Below are positions 15,001 through 28,410 of a stretch of DNA of 64,000 bases, in pieces. The notes under the pieces were generated by a model. The model was not told the origin of the DNA, did not search any database, and saw only the letters and a list, made by a program, of their open reading frames with translations. The position numbers and the translations under genes are program-made. Within the stretch, counting starts at the first letter, position 1. Every line of letters begins with the position of its first letter. Source of the stretch: Yuukianura sp. NJ FZ-2021 (lineage: Eukaryota); the NCBI GenBank assembly GCA_046563655.1, contig CM102290.1:6448001-6512000 (forward strand). The letters are read 5' to 3'.

Positions 15001-18000
15001 AAAATGGTGCTCGACATTGCCCTGGGTGGCGCACACCAACCCAAGATAAAATCCGAGGCAGAGCGGTTCATCCAGACTTTTAAGTACGCTCTAACCGGAT
15101 TTAATTGCGATCTATCCACGCCAATTAAACTTGGGTTCCTGTAGTACTTTTCAGGAGGATTTCAGAAAAGTAACTCATTTTCTCCCGGCATTGCTACGCG
15201 TGGGAGTTTTTCGAATGATTTGTTTTGAAATAAATTTTCATAAAATAAAGTCACGAGAAGAGGGACGACACAGCAAGTGAAAGTGGGTTCCTGTAGCCCT
15301 TTTTATGAGGATTTCAAAAATATAGTTGACTTTTACCCAGCATCGTTCCGGAATGCATTTCTTTTGAATTCTTTGTTTTGAAACATGAATTTTCATAAAT
15401 AAAGGTAACAAGATGACTGACGACACAGCAAGTGAAAGTGGGTTCCTGTAGCACTTTTTATGAGGATTTCAAAAATGTAATTTACTTTCTGTTCATTCTC
15501 ACATTTGCATGTTCATTCTCACAAATTTAAGTCGTTTTTGCGTCAAAATGGTGCTCGACATTGCCCTGGGTGCCGTATACCAACCCAAGATAAAATCCGA
15601 GACAGAGCGGTTCATCCAGACTTTTAAGTACACGCTAACCGGATTTAATTGCGATATATCCACGATAATTAAACTGGGGTTCCTGTAGTACTTTTCAGGA
15701 GGATTTCAGAAAAGTAACTCATTTTCACCCGGCATTGCTACGCGTGGGAGTTTTTCGAATGATTTGTTTTGAAATAAATTTTCATAAAATAAAGTCACGA
15801 GAAGAGGGACGACACAGCAAGTGAAAGTGGGTTCCTGTAGCCCTTTTTATGAGGATTTCAAAAATATAGTTGACTTTTACCCAGCATCGTTCCGGAATGC
15901 ATTTCTTTTGAATTCTTTGTTTTGAAACATGAATTTTCATAAATAAAAGTAACAAGATGACTGACGACACAGCAAGTGAAAGTGGGTTCCTGTAGCACTT
16001 TTTATGAGGATTTCAAAAATGTAATTTACTTTCTGTTCATTCTCACATTTGCATGTTCATTCTCACAAATTTAAGTCGTTTTTGCGTCAAAATGGTGCTC
16101 GACATTGCCCTGGGTGGCGTATACCAACCCAAGGTAAAATCCGAGGCAGAGCGGTTCATCCAGACTTTTAAGTACGCTCCAACCGGATTTAATTGCGATC
16201 TATCCACGATAATTAAACTTGGGTTCCTGTAGTACTTTTCAGGAGGATTTCAGAAAAGTAACTCATTTTCACCCGGCATTGCTACGCGTGGGAGTTTTTC
16301 GAATGATTTGTTTTGAAATAAATTTTCATAAAATAAAGTCACGAGAAGAGGGACGACACAGCAAGTGAAAGTGGGTTCCTGTAGCCCTTTTTATGAGGAT
16401 TTCAAAAATATAGTTGACTTTTACCCAGCATCGTTCCGGAATGCATTTCCTTTGAATTCTTTGTTTTGAAACATGAATTTTCATAAATAAAGGTAACAAG
16501 ATGACTGACGACACAGCAAGTGAAAGTGGGTTCCTGTAGCACTTTTTATGAGGATTTCAAAAATGTAATTTACTTTCTGTTCATTCTCACATTTGCATGT
16601 TCATTCTCACAAATTTAAGTCGTTTTTGCGTCAAAATGGTGCTCGACATTGCCCTGGGTGGCGCACACCAACCCAAGATAAAATCCGAGGCAGAGCGGTT
16701 CATCCAGACTTTTAAGTACGCTCTAACCGGATTTAATTGCGATCTATCCACGCCAATTAAACTTGGGTTCCTGTAGTACTTTTCAGGAGGATTTCAGAAA
16801 AGTAACTCATTTTCTCCCGGCATTGCTACGCGTGGGAGTTTTTCGAATGATTTGTTTTGAAATAAATTTTCATAAAATAAAGTCACGAGAAGAGGGACGA
16901 CACAGCAAGTGAAAGTGGGTTCCTGTAGCCCTTTTTATGAGGATTTCAAAAATATAGTTGACTTTTACCCAGCATCGTTCCGGAATGCATTTCTTTTGAA
17001 TTCTTTGTTTTGAAACATGAATTTTCATAAATAAAGGTAACAAGATGACTGACGACACAGCAACTGAAAGTGGGTTCCTGTAGCACTTTTTATGAGGATT
17101 TCAAAAATGTAATTTACTTTTTGTTCATTCTCACATTTGCATGTTCATTCTCACAAATTTAAGTCGTTTTTGCGTCAAAATGGTGCTCGACATTGCCCTG
17201 GGTGGCGCACACCAACCCAAGATAAAATCCGAGGCAGAGCGGTTCATCCAGACTTTTAAGTACGCTCTAACCGGATTTAATTGCGATCTATCCACGCCAA
17301 TTAAACTTGGGTTCCTGTAGAACTTTTCAGGAGGATTTCAGAAAAGTAACTCATTTTCACCCGGCATTGCTACGCGTGGGAGTTTTTCGAATGATTTGTT
17401 TTGAAATAAATTTTCATAAAATAAAGTCACGAGAAGAGGGACGACACAGCAAGTGAAAGTGGGTTCCTGTAGCCCTTTTTATGAGGATTTCAAAAATATA
17501 GTTGACTTTTACCCAGCATCGTTCCGGAATGCATTTCTTTTGAATTCTTTGTTTTGAAACATGAATTTTCATAAATAAAGGTAACAAGATGACTGACGAC
17601 ACAGCAAGTGAAAGTGGGTTCCTGTAGCACTTTTTATGAGGATTTCAAAAATGTAATTTACTTTCTGTTCATTCTCACATTTGCATGTTCATTCTCACAA
17701 ATTTAAGTCGTTTTTGCGTCAAAATGGTGCTCGACATTGCCCTGGGTGGCGCACACCAACCCAAGATAAAATCCGAGACAGAGCGGTTCATCCAGACTTT
17801 TAAGTACACGCTAACCGGATTTAATTGCGATATATCCACGATAATTAAACTGGGGTTCCTGTAGTACTTTTCAGGAGGATTTCAGAAAAGTAACTCATTT
17901 TCACCCGGCATTGCTACGCGTGGGAGTTTTTCGAATGATTTGTTTTGAAATAAATTTTCATAAAATAAAGTCACGAGAAGAGGGACGACACAGCAAGTGA

Positions 18001-21000
18001 AAGTGGGTTCCTGTAGCCCTTTTTATGAGGATTTCAAAAATATAGTTGACTTTTACCCAGCATCGTTCCGGAATGCATTTCTTTTGAATTCTTTGTTTTG
18101 AAACATGAATTTTCATAAATAAAGGTAACAAGATGACTGACGACACAGCAAGTGAAAGTGGGTTCCTGTAGCACTTTTTATGAGGATTTCAAAAATGTAA
18201 TTTACTTTCTGTTCATTCTCACATTTGCATGTTCATTCTCACAAATTTAAGTCGTTTTGCGTCAAAATGGTGCTCGACATTGCCCTGGGTGCCGTATACC
18301 AACCCAAGATAAAATCCGAGACAGTGCGGTTCATCCAGACTTTTAAGTACACGCTAACCGGATTTAATTGCGATATATCCACGATAATTAAACTGGGGTT
18401 CCTGTAGTACTTTTCAGGAGGATTTCAGAAAAGTAACTCATTTTCACCCGGCATTGCTACGCGTGGGAGTTTTTCGAATGATTTGTTTTGAAATAAATTT
18501 TCATAAAATAAAGTCACGAGAAGAGGGACGACACAGCAAGTGAAAGTGGGTTCCTGTAGCCCTTTTTATGAGGATTTCAAAAATATAGTTGACTTTTACC
18601 CAGCATCGTTCCGGAATGCATTTCTTTTGAATTCTTTGTTTTGAAACATGAATTTTCATAAATAAAGGTAACAAGATGACTGACGACACAGCAAGTGAAA
18701 GTGGGTTCCTGTAGCACTTTTTATGAGGATTTCAAAAATGTAATTTACTTTCTGTTCATTCTCACATTTGCATGTTCATTCTCACAAATTTAAGTCGTTT
18801 TTGCGTCAAAATGGTGCTCGACATTGCCCTGGGTGGCGCACACCAACCCAAGATAAAATCCGAGGCAGAGCGGTTCATCCAGACTTTTAAGTACGCTCTA
18901 ACCGGATTTAATTGCGATCTATCCACGCCAATTAAACTTGGGTTCCTGTAGTACTTTTCAGGAGGATTTCAGAAAAGTAACTCATTTTCTCCCGGCATTG
19001 CTACGCGTGGGAGTTTTTCGAATGATTTGTTTTGAAATAAATTTTCATAAAATAAAGTCACGAGAAGAGGGACGACACAGCAAGTGAAAGTGGGTTCCTG
19101 TAGCCCTTTTTATGAGGATTTCAAAAATATAGTTGACTTTTACCCAGCATCGTTCCGGAATGCATTTCTTTTGAATTCTTTGTTTTGAAACATGAATTTT
19201 CATAAATAAAGGTAACAAGATGACTGACGACACAGCAAGTGAAAGTGGGTTCCTGTAGCACTTTTTATGAGGATTTCAAAAATGTAATTTACTTTCTGTT
19301 CATTCTCACATTTGCATGTTCATTCTCACAAATTTAAGTCGTTTTTGCGTCAAAATGGTGCTCGACATTGCCCTGGGTGGCGCACACCAACCCAAGATAA
19401 AATCCGAGGCAGAGCGGTTCATCCAGACTTTTAAGTACGCTCTAACCGGATTTAATTGCGATCTATCCACGCCAATTAAACTTGGGTTCCTGTAGTACTT
19501 TTCAGGAGGATTTCAGAAAAGTAACTCATTTTCTCCCGGCATTGCTACGCGTGGGAGTTTTTCGAATGATTTGTTTTGAAATAAATTTTCATAAAATAAA
19601 GTCACGAGAAGAGGGACGACACAGCAAGTGAAAGTGGGTTCCTGTAGCCCTTTTTATGAGGATTTCAAAAATATAGTTGACTTTTACCCAGCATCGTTCC
19701 GGAATGCATTTCTTTTGAATTCTTTGTTTTGAAACATGAATTTTCATAAATAAAGGTAACAAGATGACTGACGACACAGCAACTGAAAGTGGGTTCCTGT
19801 AGCACTTTTTATGAGGATTTCAAAAATGTAATTTACTTTCTGTTCATTCTCACATTTGCATGTTCATTCTCACAAATTTAAGTCGTTTTTGCGTCAAAAT
19901 GGTGCTCGACATTGCCCTGGGTGGCGTATACCAACCCAAGATAAAATCCGAGACAGAGCGGTTCATCCAGACTTTTAAGTACACGCTAACCGGATTTAAT
20001 TGCGATATATCCACGATAATTAAACTTGGGTTCCTGTAGTACTTTTCAGGAGGATTTCAGAAAAGTAACTCATTTTCACCCGGCATTGCTACGCGTGGGA
20101 GTTTTTCGAATGATTTGTTTTGAAATAAATTTTCATAAAATAAAGTCACGAGAAGAGGGACGACACAGCAAGTGAAAGTGGGTTCCTGTAGCCCTTTTTA
20201 TGAGGATTTCAAAAATATAGTTGACTTTTACCCAGCATCGTTCCGGAATGCATTTCTTTTGAATTCTTTGTTTTGAAACATGAATTTTCATAAATAAAGG
20301 TAACAAGATGACTGACGACACAGCAAGTGAAAGTGGGTTCCTGTAGCACTTTTTATGAGGATTTCAAAAATGTAATTTACTTTCTGTTCATTCTCACATT
20401 TGCATGTTCATTCTCACAAATTTAAGTCGTTTTTGCGTCAAAATGGTGCTCGACATTGCCCTGGGTGGCGCACACCAACCCAAGATAAAATCCGAGGCAG
20501 AGCGGTTCATCCAGACTTTTAAGTACGCTCTAACCGGATTTAATTGCGATCTATCCACGCCAATTAAACTTGGGTTCCTGTAGTACTTTTCAGGAGGATT
20601 TCAGAAAAGTAACTCATTTTCTCCCGGCATTGCTACGCGTGGGAGTTTTTCGAATGATTTGTTTTGAAATAAATTTTCATAAAATAAAGTCACGAGAAGA
20701 GGGACGACACAGCAAGTGAAAGTGGGTTCCTGTAGCCCTTTTTATGAGGATTTCAAAAATATAGTTGACTTTTACCCAGCATCGTTCCGGAATGCATTTC
20801 TTTTGAATTCTTTGTTTTGAAACATGAATTTTCATAAATAAAGGTAACAAGATGACTGACGACACAGCAACTGAAAGTGGGTTCCTGTAGCACTTTTTAT
20901 GGGGATTTCAAAAATGTAATTTACTTTTTGTTCATTCTCACATTTGCATGTTCATTCTCACAAATTTAAGTCGTTTTTGCGTCAAAATGGTGCTCGACAT

Positions 21001-23931
21001 TGCCCTGGGTGCCGTATACCAACCCAAGATAAAATCCGAGACAGAGCGGTTCATCCAGACTTTTAAGTACACGCTAACCGGATTTAATTGCGATCTATCC
21101 ACGCCAATTAAACCTTGGGTTCCTGTAGTACTTTTCAGGAGGATTTCAGAAAAGTAACTCATTTTCACCCGGCATTGCTACGCGTGGGAGTTTTTCGAAT
21201 GATTTGTTTTGAAATAAATTTTCATAAAATAAAGTCACGAGAAGAGGGACGACACAGCAAGTGAAAGTGGGTTCCTGTAGCCCTTTTTATGAGGATTTCA
21301 AAAATATAGTTGACTTTTACCCAGCATCGTTCCGGAATGCATTTCTTTTGAATTCTTTGTTTTGAAACATGAATTTTCATAAATAAAGGTAACAAGATGA
21401 CTGACGACACAGCAACTGAAAGTGGGTTCCTGTAGCACTTTTTATGGGGATTTCAAAAATGTAATTTACTTTTTGTTCATTCTCACATTTGCATGTTCAC
21501 TCTCACAAATTTAAGTCGTTTTTGCGTCAAAATGGTGCTCGACATTACCCTGGGTAGCGCATACCAACCCAAGATAAAATACGAGGCATCGTTCCGGAAT
21601 GCATTTCTTTTGAATTCTTTGTTTTGAAACATGAATTTTCATAAATAAAGGTAACAAGATGAGGGACGACACAGCAAGTGAAAGTGGGTTCCTGTAGCAC
21701 TTTTTATGAGGATTTCAAAAATGTAATTTACTTTCTGTTCATTCTCACATTTGCATGTTCATTCTCACAAATTTAAGTCGTTTTTGCGTCAAAATGGTGC
21801 TCGACATTGCCCTGGGTGGCGCATACCAACCCAAGATAAAATCCGAGGCAGAGCGTTTCATCCAGATCTTTAAGTACACGCTAACCAGATTTAATTGCGA
21901 TCTATCCACGCCAATTAAACTTGGGTTCCTGTAGTACTTTTCAGGAGGATTTCAGAAAAGTAACTCATTTTCTCCCGGCATTGCTACGCGTGGGAGTTTT
22001 TCGAATGATTTGTTTTGAAATAAATTTTCATAAATAAAGGTAACAAGATGAGGGACGACACAGCAAGTGAAAGTGGGTTCCTGTAGCCCTTTTTATGAGG
22101 ATTTCAAAAATATAGTTGACTTTTACCCAGCATCGTTCCGGAATGCATTTCTTTTGAATTCTTTGTTTTGAAACATGAATTTTCATAAATAAAGGTAACA
22201 AGATGACTGACGACACAGCAACTGAAAGTGGGTTCCTGTAGCACTTTTTATGGGGATTTCAAAAATGTAATTTACTTTCTGTTCATTCTCACATTTGCAT
22301 GTTCACTCTCACAAATTTAAGTCGTTTTTGCGTCAAAATGGTGCTCGACATTACCCTGGGTAGCGCATACCAACCCAAGATAATATACGAGGCATCGTTC
22401 CGGAATGCATTTCTTTTGAATTCTTTGTTTTGAAACATGAATTTTCATAAATAAAGGTAACAAGATGAGGGACGACACAGCAAGTGAAAGTGGGTTTCTG
22501 TAGCACTTTTTATGAGGATTTCAAAAATGTAATTTACTTTCTGTTCATTCTCACATTTGCATGTTCATTCTCACAAATTTAAGTCGTTTTTGCGTCAAAA
22601 TGGTGCTCGACATTGCCCTGGGTGCCGTATACCAACCCAAGATAAAATCCGAGACAGAGCGGTTCATCCAGACTTTTAAGTACACGCTAACCGGATTTAA
22701 TTGCGATATATCCACGATAATTAAACTTAGATTCCTGTAGTACTTTTCAGGAGGATTTCAGAAAAGTAACTCATTTTCACCCGGCATTGCTACGCGTGGG
22801 AGTTTTTCGAATGATTTGTTTTGAAATAAATTTTCATAAAATAAAGTCACGAGATGAGGGACGACACAGCAAGTGAAAGTGGGTTCCTGTAGCCCTTTTT
22901 ATGAGGATTTCAAAAATATAGTTGACTTTTACCCAGCATCGTTCCGGAATGCATTTCTTTTGAATTCTTTGTTTTGAAACATGAATTTTCATAAATAAAG
23001 GTAACAAGATGATTGACGACACAGCAACTGAAAGTGGGTTCCTGTAGCACTTTTTATGGGGATTTCAAAAATGTAATTTACTTTCTGTTCATTCTCACAT
23101 TTGCATGTTCACTCTCACAAATTTAAGTCGTTTTTGCGTCAAAATGGTGCTCGACATTACCCTGGGTAGCGCATACCAACCCAAGATATAATACGAGGCA
23201 TCGTTCCGGAATGCATTTCTTTTGAATTCTTTGTTTTGAAACATGAATTTTCATAAATAAAGGTAACAAGATGATTGACGACACAGCAACTGAAAGTGGG
23301 TTCCTGTAGCACTTTTTATGACGATTTCAAAAATGTAATTTACTTTCTGTTCATTCTCACATTTGCATGTTCATTCTCACAAATTTAAGTCGTTTTTGCG
23401 TCAAAATGGTGCTCGACATTGCCCTGGGTGCCGTATACCAAGTCCAACATAAAATCCGAGACAGAGCGGTTCATCCAGACTTTTAAGTACACGCTAACCG
23501 GATTTAATTGCGATATATCCACGATAATTAAACTTGGGTTCCTGTAGTACTTTTCAGAAGGATTTCAGAAAAGTAACTCATTTTCACCCGGCATTGCTAC
23601 GCGTGGGAGTTTTTCGAATGATTTGTTTTGAAATAAATTTTCATAAAAAAAGGTCACGAGATGAGGGACGACACAGCAACTGAAAGTGGGTTCCTGTAGC
23701 CCTGTTTATGAGGATTTCAAAAATATAGTTGACTTTTACCCAGCATCGTTCTGGAATGTATTTCTTTTGAATTCTTTGTTTTGAAACATGAATTTTCATA
23801 AATAAAGTAACAAGATGACTGACGACACAGCAACTGAAAGTGGGTTCCTGTAGCACTTTTTATGGGGATTTCAAAAATGTAATTTACTTTCTGTTCATTC
23901 TCACATTTGCATGTTCATTCTCACAAAGTCG
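1..23931. repeat. Satellite tandem array with a 543-544 bp monomer: about 39 full monomers, five ~390-bp deletion monomers and three 262-bp partial units
   Basis: Identical 62-aa shadow ORFs recur at 244, 787, 1331, 1874 and onward, with 543-544 bp spacing. Spacings of 932-933, 1324 and 806-807 mark variant units. The motif GGGTTCCTGTAG occurs three times per monomer. The array starts before the window and ends abruptly at ...tcacaaagtcg. Confidence 0.98.
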
Positions 23932-24110
23932 ATTTGCTCCAGATCCTAAAGCTGTTTCGCTCACTTCGAAATTTGGTAATCCCCCTTCGATCCAAGGCAG
24001 AACTGCTGACTGGGTTAATAGTTCCCCAGAGATCCTAGCTGCAAATTCCAGACACAACCCCCGTTGATGAGTCCCAAATTAATTCTCCATTCGCAGAGTC
24101 CGAATTTCCT

Positions 24111-27100
24111 ATGGGAATTTCTGTGGCTACATTCATGTCCCAAATTCATTCCACCCAACATTCTACGTTCCACACTGATGTAGTCTTTGTTACCCAAACC
24201 CTCCGAGTCCTGTGTGACACAGGTGCTTCCCTTTGTTGTGTCCACTCCGAATTTCTCCGAAAATTCCCCAATATCGTGTCCCAAGCGGTTGATGTGGAAC
24301 CCGTTCGTGTGAAACTGTCCTTTGGCTCGTACGTACGTTGTAATTCCCCCCAAACTACAATGATTTCTTTCTCCATTGATAGCGTCCCCTTCCAATACCC
24401 GTTCTACATTTTTCAGCACCTATCTAACCAAATCGTTTTGGGTTTTGACTTTCTCCGTTCAGAACGTTTTCTCTTAGATCCCGCTAACGAGCGCCTTGTA
24501 AAAGGTGAACTCCCCTGCACAGACCTCAGAAATGAGTACGTCTGTGTACCCAAATCCCAAGTCCCTGTTCTAAACAAATTAACATTGTCTGAAACTGAAC
24601 AAGTTTCAGATACCCCCAGCTCTCCCATTGCGTCGGGTCCAGAACCTGCGTCAAATCCCCCATGTACGGCCAAACCCCCTAAATTAGTTCATGACATGAC
24701 CCAGAATTCGTCTGATTCCCCAAAATCCCCGTCGTTACTTGACTCTGAAGTTTCCTTCGTCAGTAACTCGAATTTGTCACAAAAATCATCGCCCCCTCCG
24801 TGCCTACGTCTGGTCAGGACCATCATCATCAACCCAAGAACTATGAAACGCGTCAGCGTTAAGACAGATCTCCCTTTCACCGGGGATGTTCTTGTTTCCC
24901 CTCGTCAGGAGCTCCAGTATGCAAAACACATTGCCATTGGAAATTTTATTTCTACCCTCAAGAATGGCGCTGGAGTTACATTCCTGTGGAATTTGGGAGA
25001 CCGACCAGTTAAACTTCTGCAAAATATCTCCATAGGCACCTTCGAACCCTTCGCAGAGTCCTCAGTACTCTGTGACTTAGACGAATTTGGTCATGTGAGC
25101 CCCAATTGTGCCAATCCCCCCTCCCAGCGCACGAAATCCTCGGACTTGCAGTTGATGATGATAATGACATCGCGTCTCTGAAACTGCAAAAGAGGATTGA
25201 GGCGTTTAAAATCTCCAAGTCCCTAACCCCTGAACAGCGCCAAAAGATGCAGGATTTTCTTGTATCTAACTTGGATGTTTTTAATTTCGATCCATCAACT
25301 CTTGGCCGTACTCATTTAACGACCCACAAAATTGACACTGGAACTGCGAAGCCGATAGCATCGAATCCCCATAGAACAGGATTCACGGAGCGGAGAGAGA
25401 TCCAAAATCAAGTCGAGCGTCTTTTGGATCTTAAGGCGATAACCCCCAGCGATAGCCCTTTGTGTTCCCCAGTCCTTCTTGTTAAAAAGCCCGACAAAAG
25501 TTGGCGGTTTTGCGTTGACTTTCGCAAAGTCAACGCAGTGACAAGAAAGAATTCCTATCCCCTCCCCCGAATAGACGACACTCTGGATCGTTTAAATGGA
25601 GCCAAGTACTTTTCTTCCATGGATTGTGACCAGGCGTATTATCAAGTTGAGGTGGAACCCGAGGACAGAGAAAAAACCAGCTTCGTTACCCCAGACGGAC
25701 AGTACGAATTCGTTGTCATGCCCTTTGGTCTAACCAATGCCCAAGCGACTTGGCAGCGTCTCATTGACAATGTCCTTGGTCGTTTAAAATGGTCCATAGC
25801 ACTCGTTTACTTAGACGATGTCGTTTGTTACTCCCGTTCCTTTGAAGAACACCTACTTAAGAACACTTAGCGCAGATTTTCTGTGCTCTCCGTAAAGCTG
25901 GTCTCAGTTTAAAACCCAAAAGGTGTTACTTTGCCGAAGATTCTTTGAAATTCCTTGGTCACATTGTCTCCAGGGAAGGAATTGCAGTTGATCCCCAGAA
26001 AGCCCAAGCAGTACGTGATTTCCCTACCCCCACGACTGTTAAAAATGTCCGTTCCTTTGTTGGTCTTTGCAGTTACTACAGAAGGTTTATTAAAGGTTTC
26101 GCGGAAATTGCCCGTCCCCTCCATCTTATAATGGCTACAAAACGTGGTACCCCATTTTTCTGGACCCCTGAAGCAGAGGTAGCGTTCCAAACCTTAAAAG
26201 ACAAGTTGACTTCTCCCCCAGTCCTAGCGTTTCCCGACGAAGAAGCAGAGACGTCCGTCCATTGTGATGCGTCTGGACTTGGTTTCGGAGCAACGCTTTG
26301 TCAAATTCAAGATGGTGTGGAGAGAGTTGTAGCTTTTGCTTCGCGAGCCCTTTCCCCCTCCGAGTCGAAGTTTGGAACCCCCCAATTGGAAATGAAAGCG
26401 TTTGTTTGGGCTGTCGAGAAATTTCGACCGTATTTATACGGCCGTCATTTCAAAGTTGTCACAGACCACCATTCCCTCTGTGACATGCTAAAATTCAAAG
26501 ACCCTTATGGCCAAATTTCCCGTTGGTCCTTAGCCCTCCAGCCCTACGACTTTACAGTTGTCCATAAGAGTGGCCGTATCCACACGGATGCGGACCCGCT
26601 ATCCCGAAACCCCTTTGACCCTGCCCCTTCCGACACAGACCATTTGGCCATTACACATCATCTTCTGGCCTTAGCGGTTTCCCCTGAAGCTCCCCGGAAA
26701 GTCCGTGAGTCAAAGTTGAAGGATCTCCAACTTAAAGAGCCAGAATGGCTACCCATAATTGAGTATTTAAAAGCAGAGCAGCTAGGCCAACCCCACTCCT
26801 TAGCGGAACCGAAAAAGTTGAGCGAATTTAGTCTGCGTGATGGAGTTTTGTACGAAATGAACTACTCTGAATTTGGTAACCTTTGGCGTCTTTGTCTCCC
26901 TAAGTCCCTCAGAAAATCCTCCATGGAATCCGTCCACAATGATTCCCTTAGTCACCTTGGACTACACAAATCCTGGCATCTCCTTCGTTCCCGGTTCTAC
27001 TGGCCCCGGATGTACCGTGACTAAGTCAAATTTGTCACCTCCTGTCACGTGTGTCAAGTACATAATCGACGGAACTTCGCTCTTCCCCCAATAGCGTTGG

Positions 27101-28361
27101 CCTTGACGTTCCCGCCATTCCCTTTAACGCACTTGCTGTGGATTACCTTGGCCCATTTCCCATCACAGCGAGGAGAAATACCTATATCCTAACCATAGTT
27201 GACCTCCATACCCGTTACGTTGAAGCTTGGCCCGTTCCCTCAGCAGATTCTGCTCAAGCGATCAAAGTCCTTACCAAACATGTCTTGTATCGTCATGGGA
27301 TTTCCAATATGATTTTGTCAGACCGTGGTACGGTTCTCCAGTCCGAAGAGTTTGAGGATTTCCTTGCCCTCCATTCCATTGATCACCGTTGTACGACTGC
27401 CTATAACCCCAAGTCCAACGGTGTCTGTGAGAGACATAACGGAACGGTAAAATCTGTCATCGCCAAATTCGTAAGTGAAAATCATAAAGATTGGGATCTC
27501 CACCTTCCCAAAGCAGTTTTCTCCGTCAATTGTTCAGTTCATCGGGTAACTAATTTCTCCCCATATTTTCTTATCTATGGTCGGGAGCCGGTTTTGCCGG
27601 TAGATAAGTTATTTCCCCTTCCCCAAGACTATTTGACCCCTAATGATTCTTTCGACAGATTATTCATCGCCAACAACGTAGCCCATGAGTTGTCTCGTGA
27701 GCAACAGCTCTTACGAGTAAAAGCTCAAATGCAGATCAGATTCCCCACCTACGTTGCTGGTATGAAAGTTCTACTCCGGAACTTTCAGAGGAAAAAAGGT
27801 CACGTTGGAAAATTCACCAAGAAATGGATTGGCCCTTACAAGGTCGTTGACGTCCTTGCTAACGGAACTGTTCGTGTAACTTCGGTCCCACCTCGAAAGC
27901 CTCACGAGACAGTCGTTAACGTTCAACGACTTAAACCTTACCACCAGCGTCTTTACGATGTTTCCAATTTTGACAGTAGTTCCCGTGAGTCGTCTGACGA
28001 TGATTCTGAACCCCCTCAGTCGTTACAGGCTCCAGAAATTACCCCCGATCCAATTCCCCCTGAAATTCCGAACTTACCAATTGAAATTCCCGAAATTAGC
28101 CCTTTTATGCTTCCCGAGTTGACCCCAAATTTTGACCCCCAAAACGTTGTCGAAAATGCTCCCCCTGAAAGCCCCGCCCCAGAAATCCCAGTTCCACCAG
28201 TTTTACCCGCACAGGATTCCCTGCTCCCTGTTGCGAGCGAAAACCCCGTAATTTGCGCCCCTGCCAGCGTAAATCCCGCGATTTCTGCTCAACCAATGCG
28301 CGCGGCGCGTACAAAAGCTCTTTCATTAATTTCCCGCCTTACCAAAACTAAAAAGCGCTGA
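24111..28361 (+). pseudogene. pol: E1 pol polyprotein (aspartic protease, reverse transcriptase, RNase H, integrase), broken by frameshifts and a stop
   Basis: Protease CDTGAS; RT RFCVDFRKVN, YPLPRIDD, MPFGLTNA and YLDD; RNase H CDASG and TDHHSL; integrase HHCC interrupted by TAA at 27022, then DYLGP, SDRG and SNGVCER; GPY motif. Spread over ORFs starting at 24111, 25106, 25945 and 27138. Confidence 0.95.
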
Positions 28362-28410
28362 CTGAGTGTTTTATTTAATACTCATACTGTGTTTTTTTCT
28401 GATTTTCAGG

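Noticed and set aside
10..23856. Dozens of repeated 60-76 aa ORFs (MSSVILLPLF..., MHVHSHKF...) as a tandem gene family
   Set aside because: They are by-products of the satellite period. Most have non-ATG starts, and they are opened and closed by homopolymer indels. Only the integrase-like remnant is treated as meaningful.
1..23931. CRISPR array (recurring GACGACACAGCAAGTGAAAGTGGGTTCCTGTAGC)
   Set aside because: The intervening sequences are identical repeats rather than unique spacers, there are no cas genes, and the context is eukaryotic.
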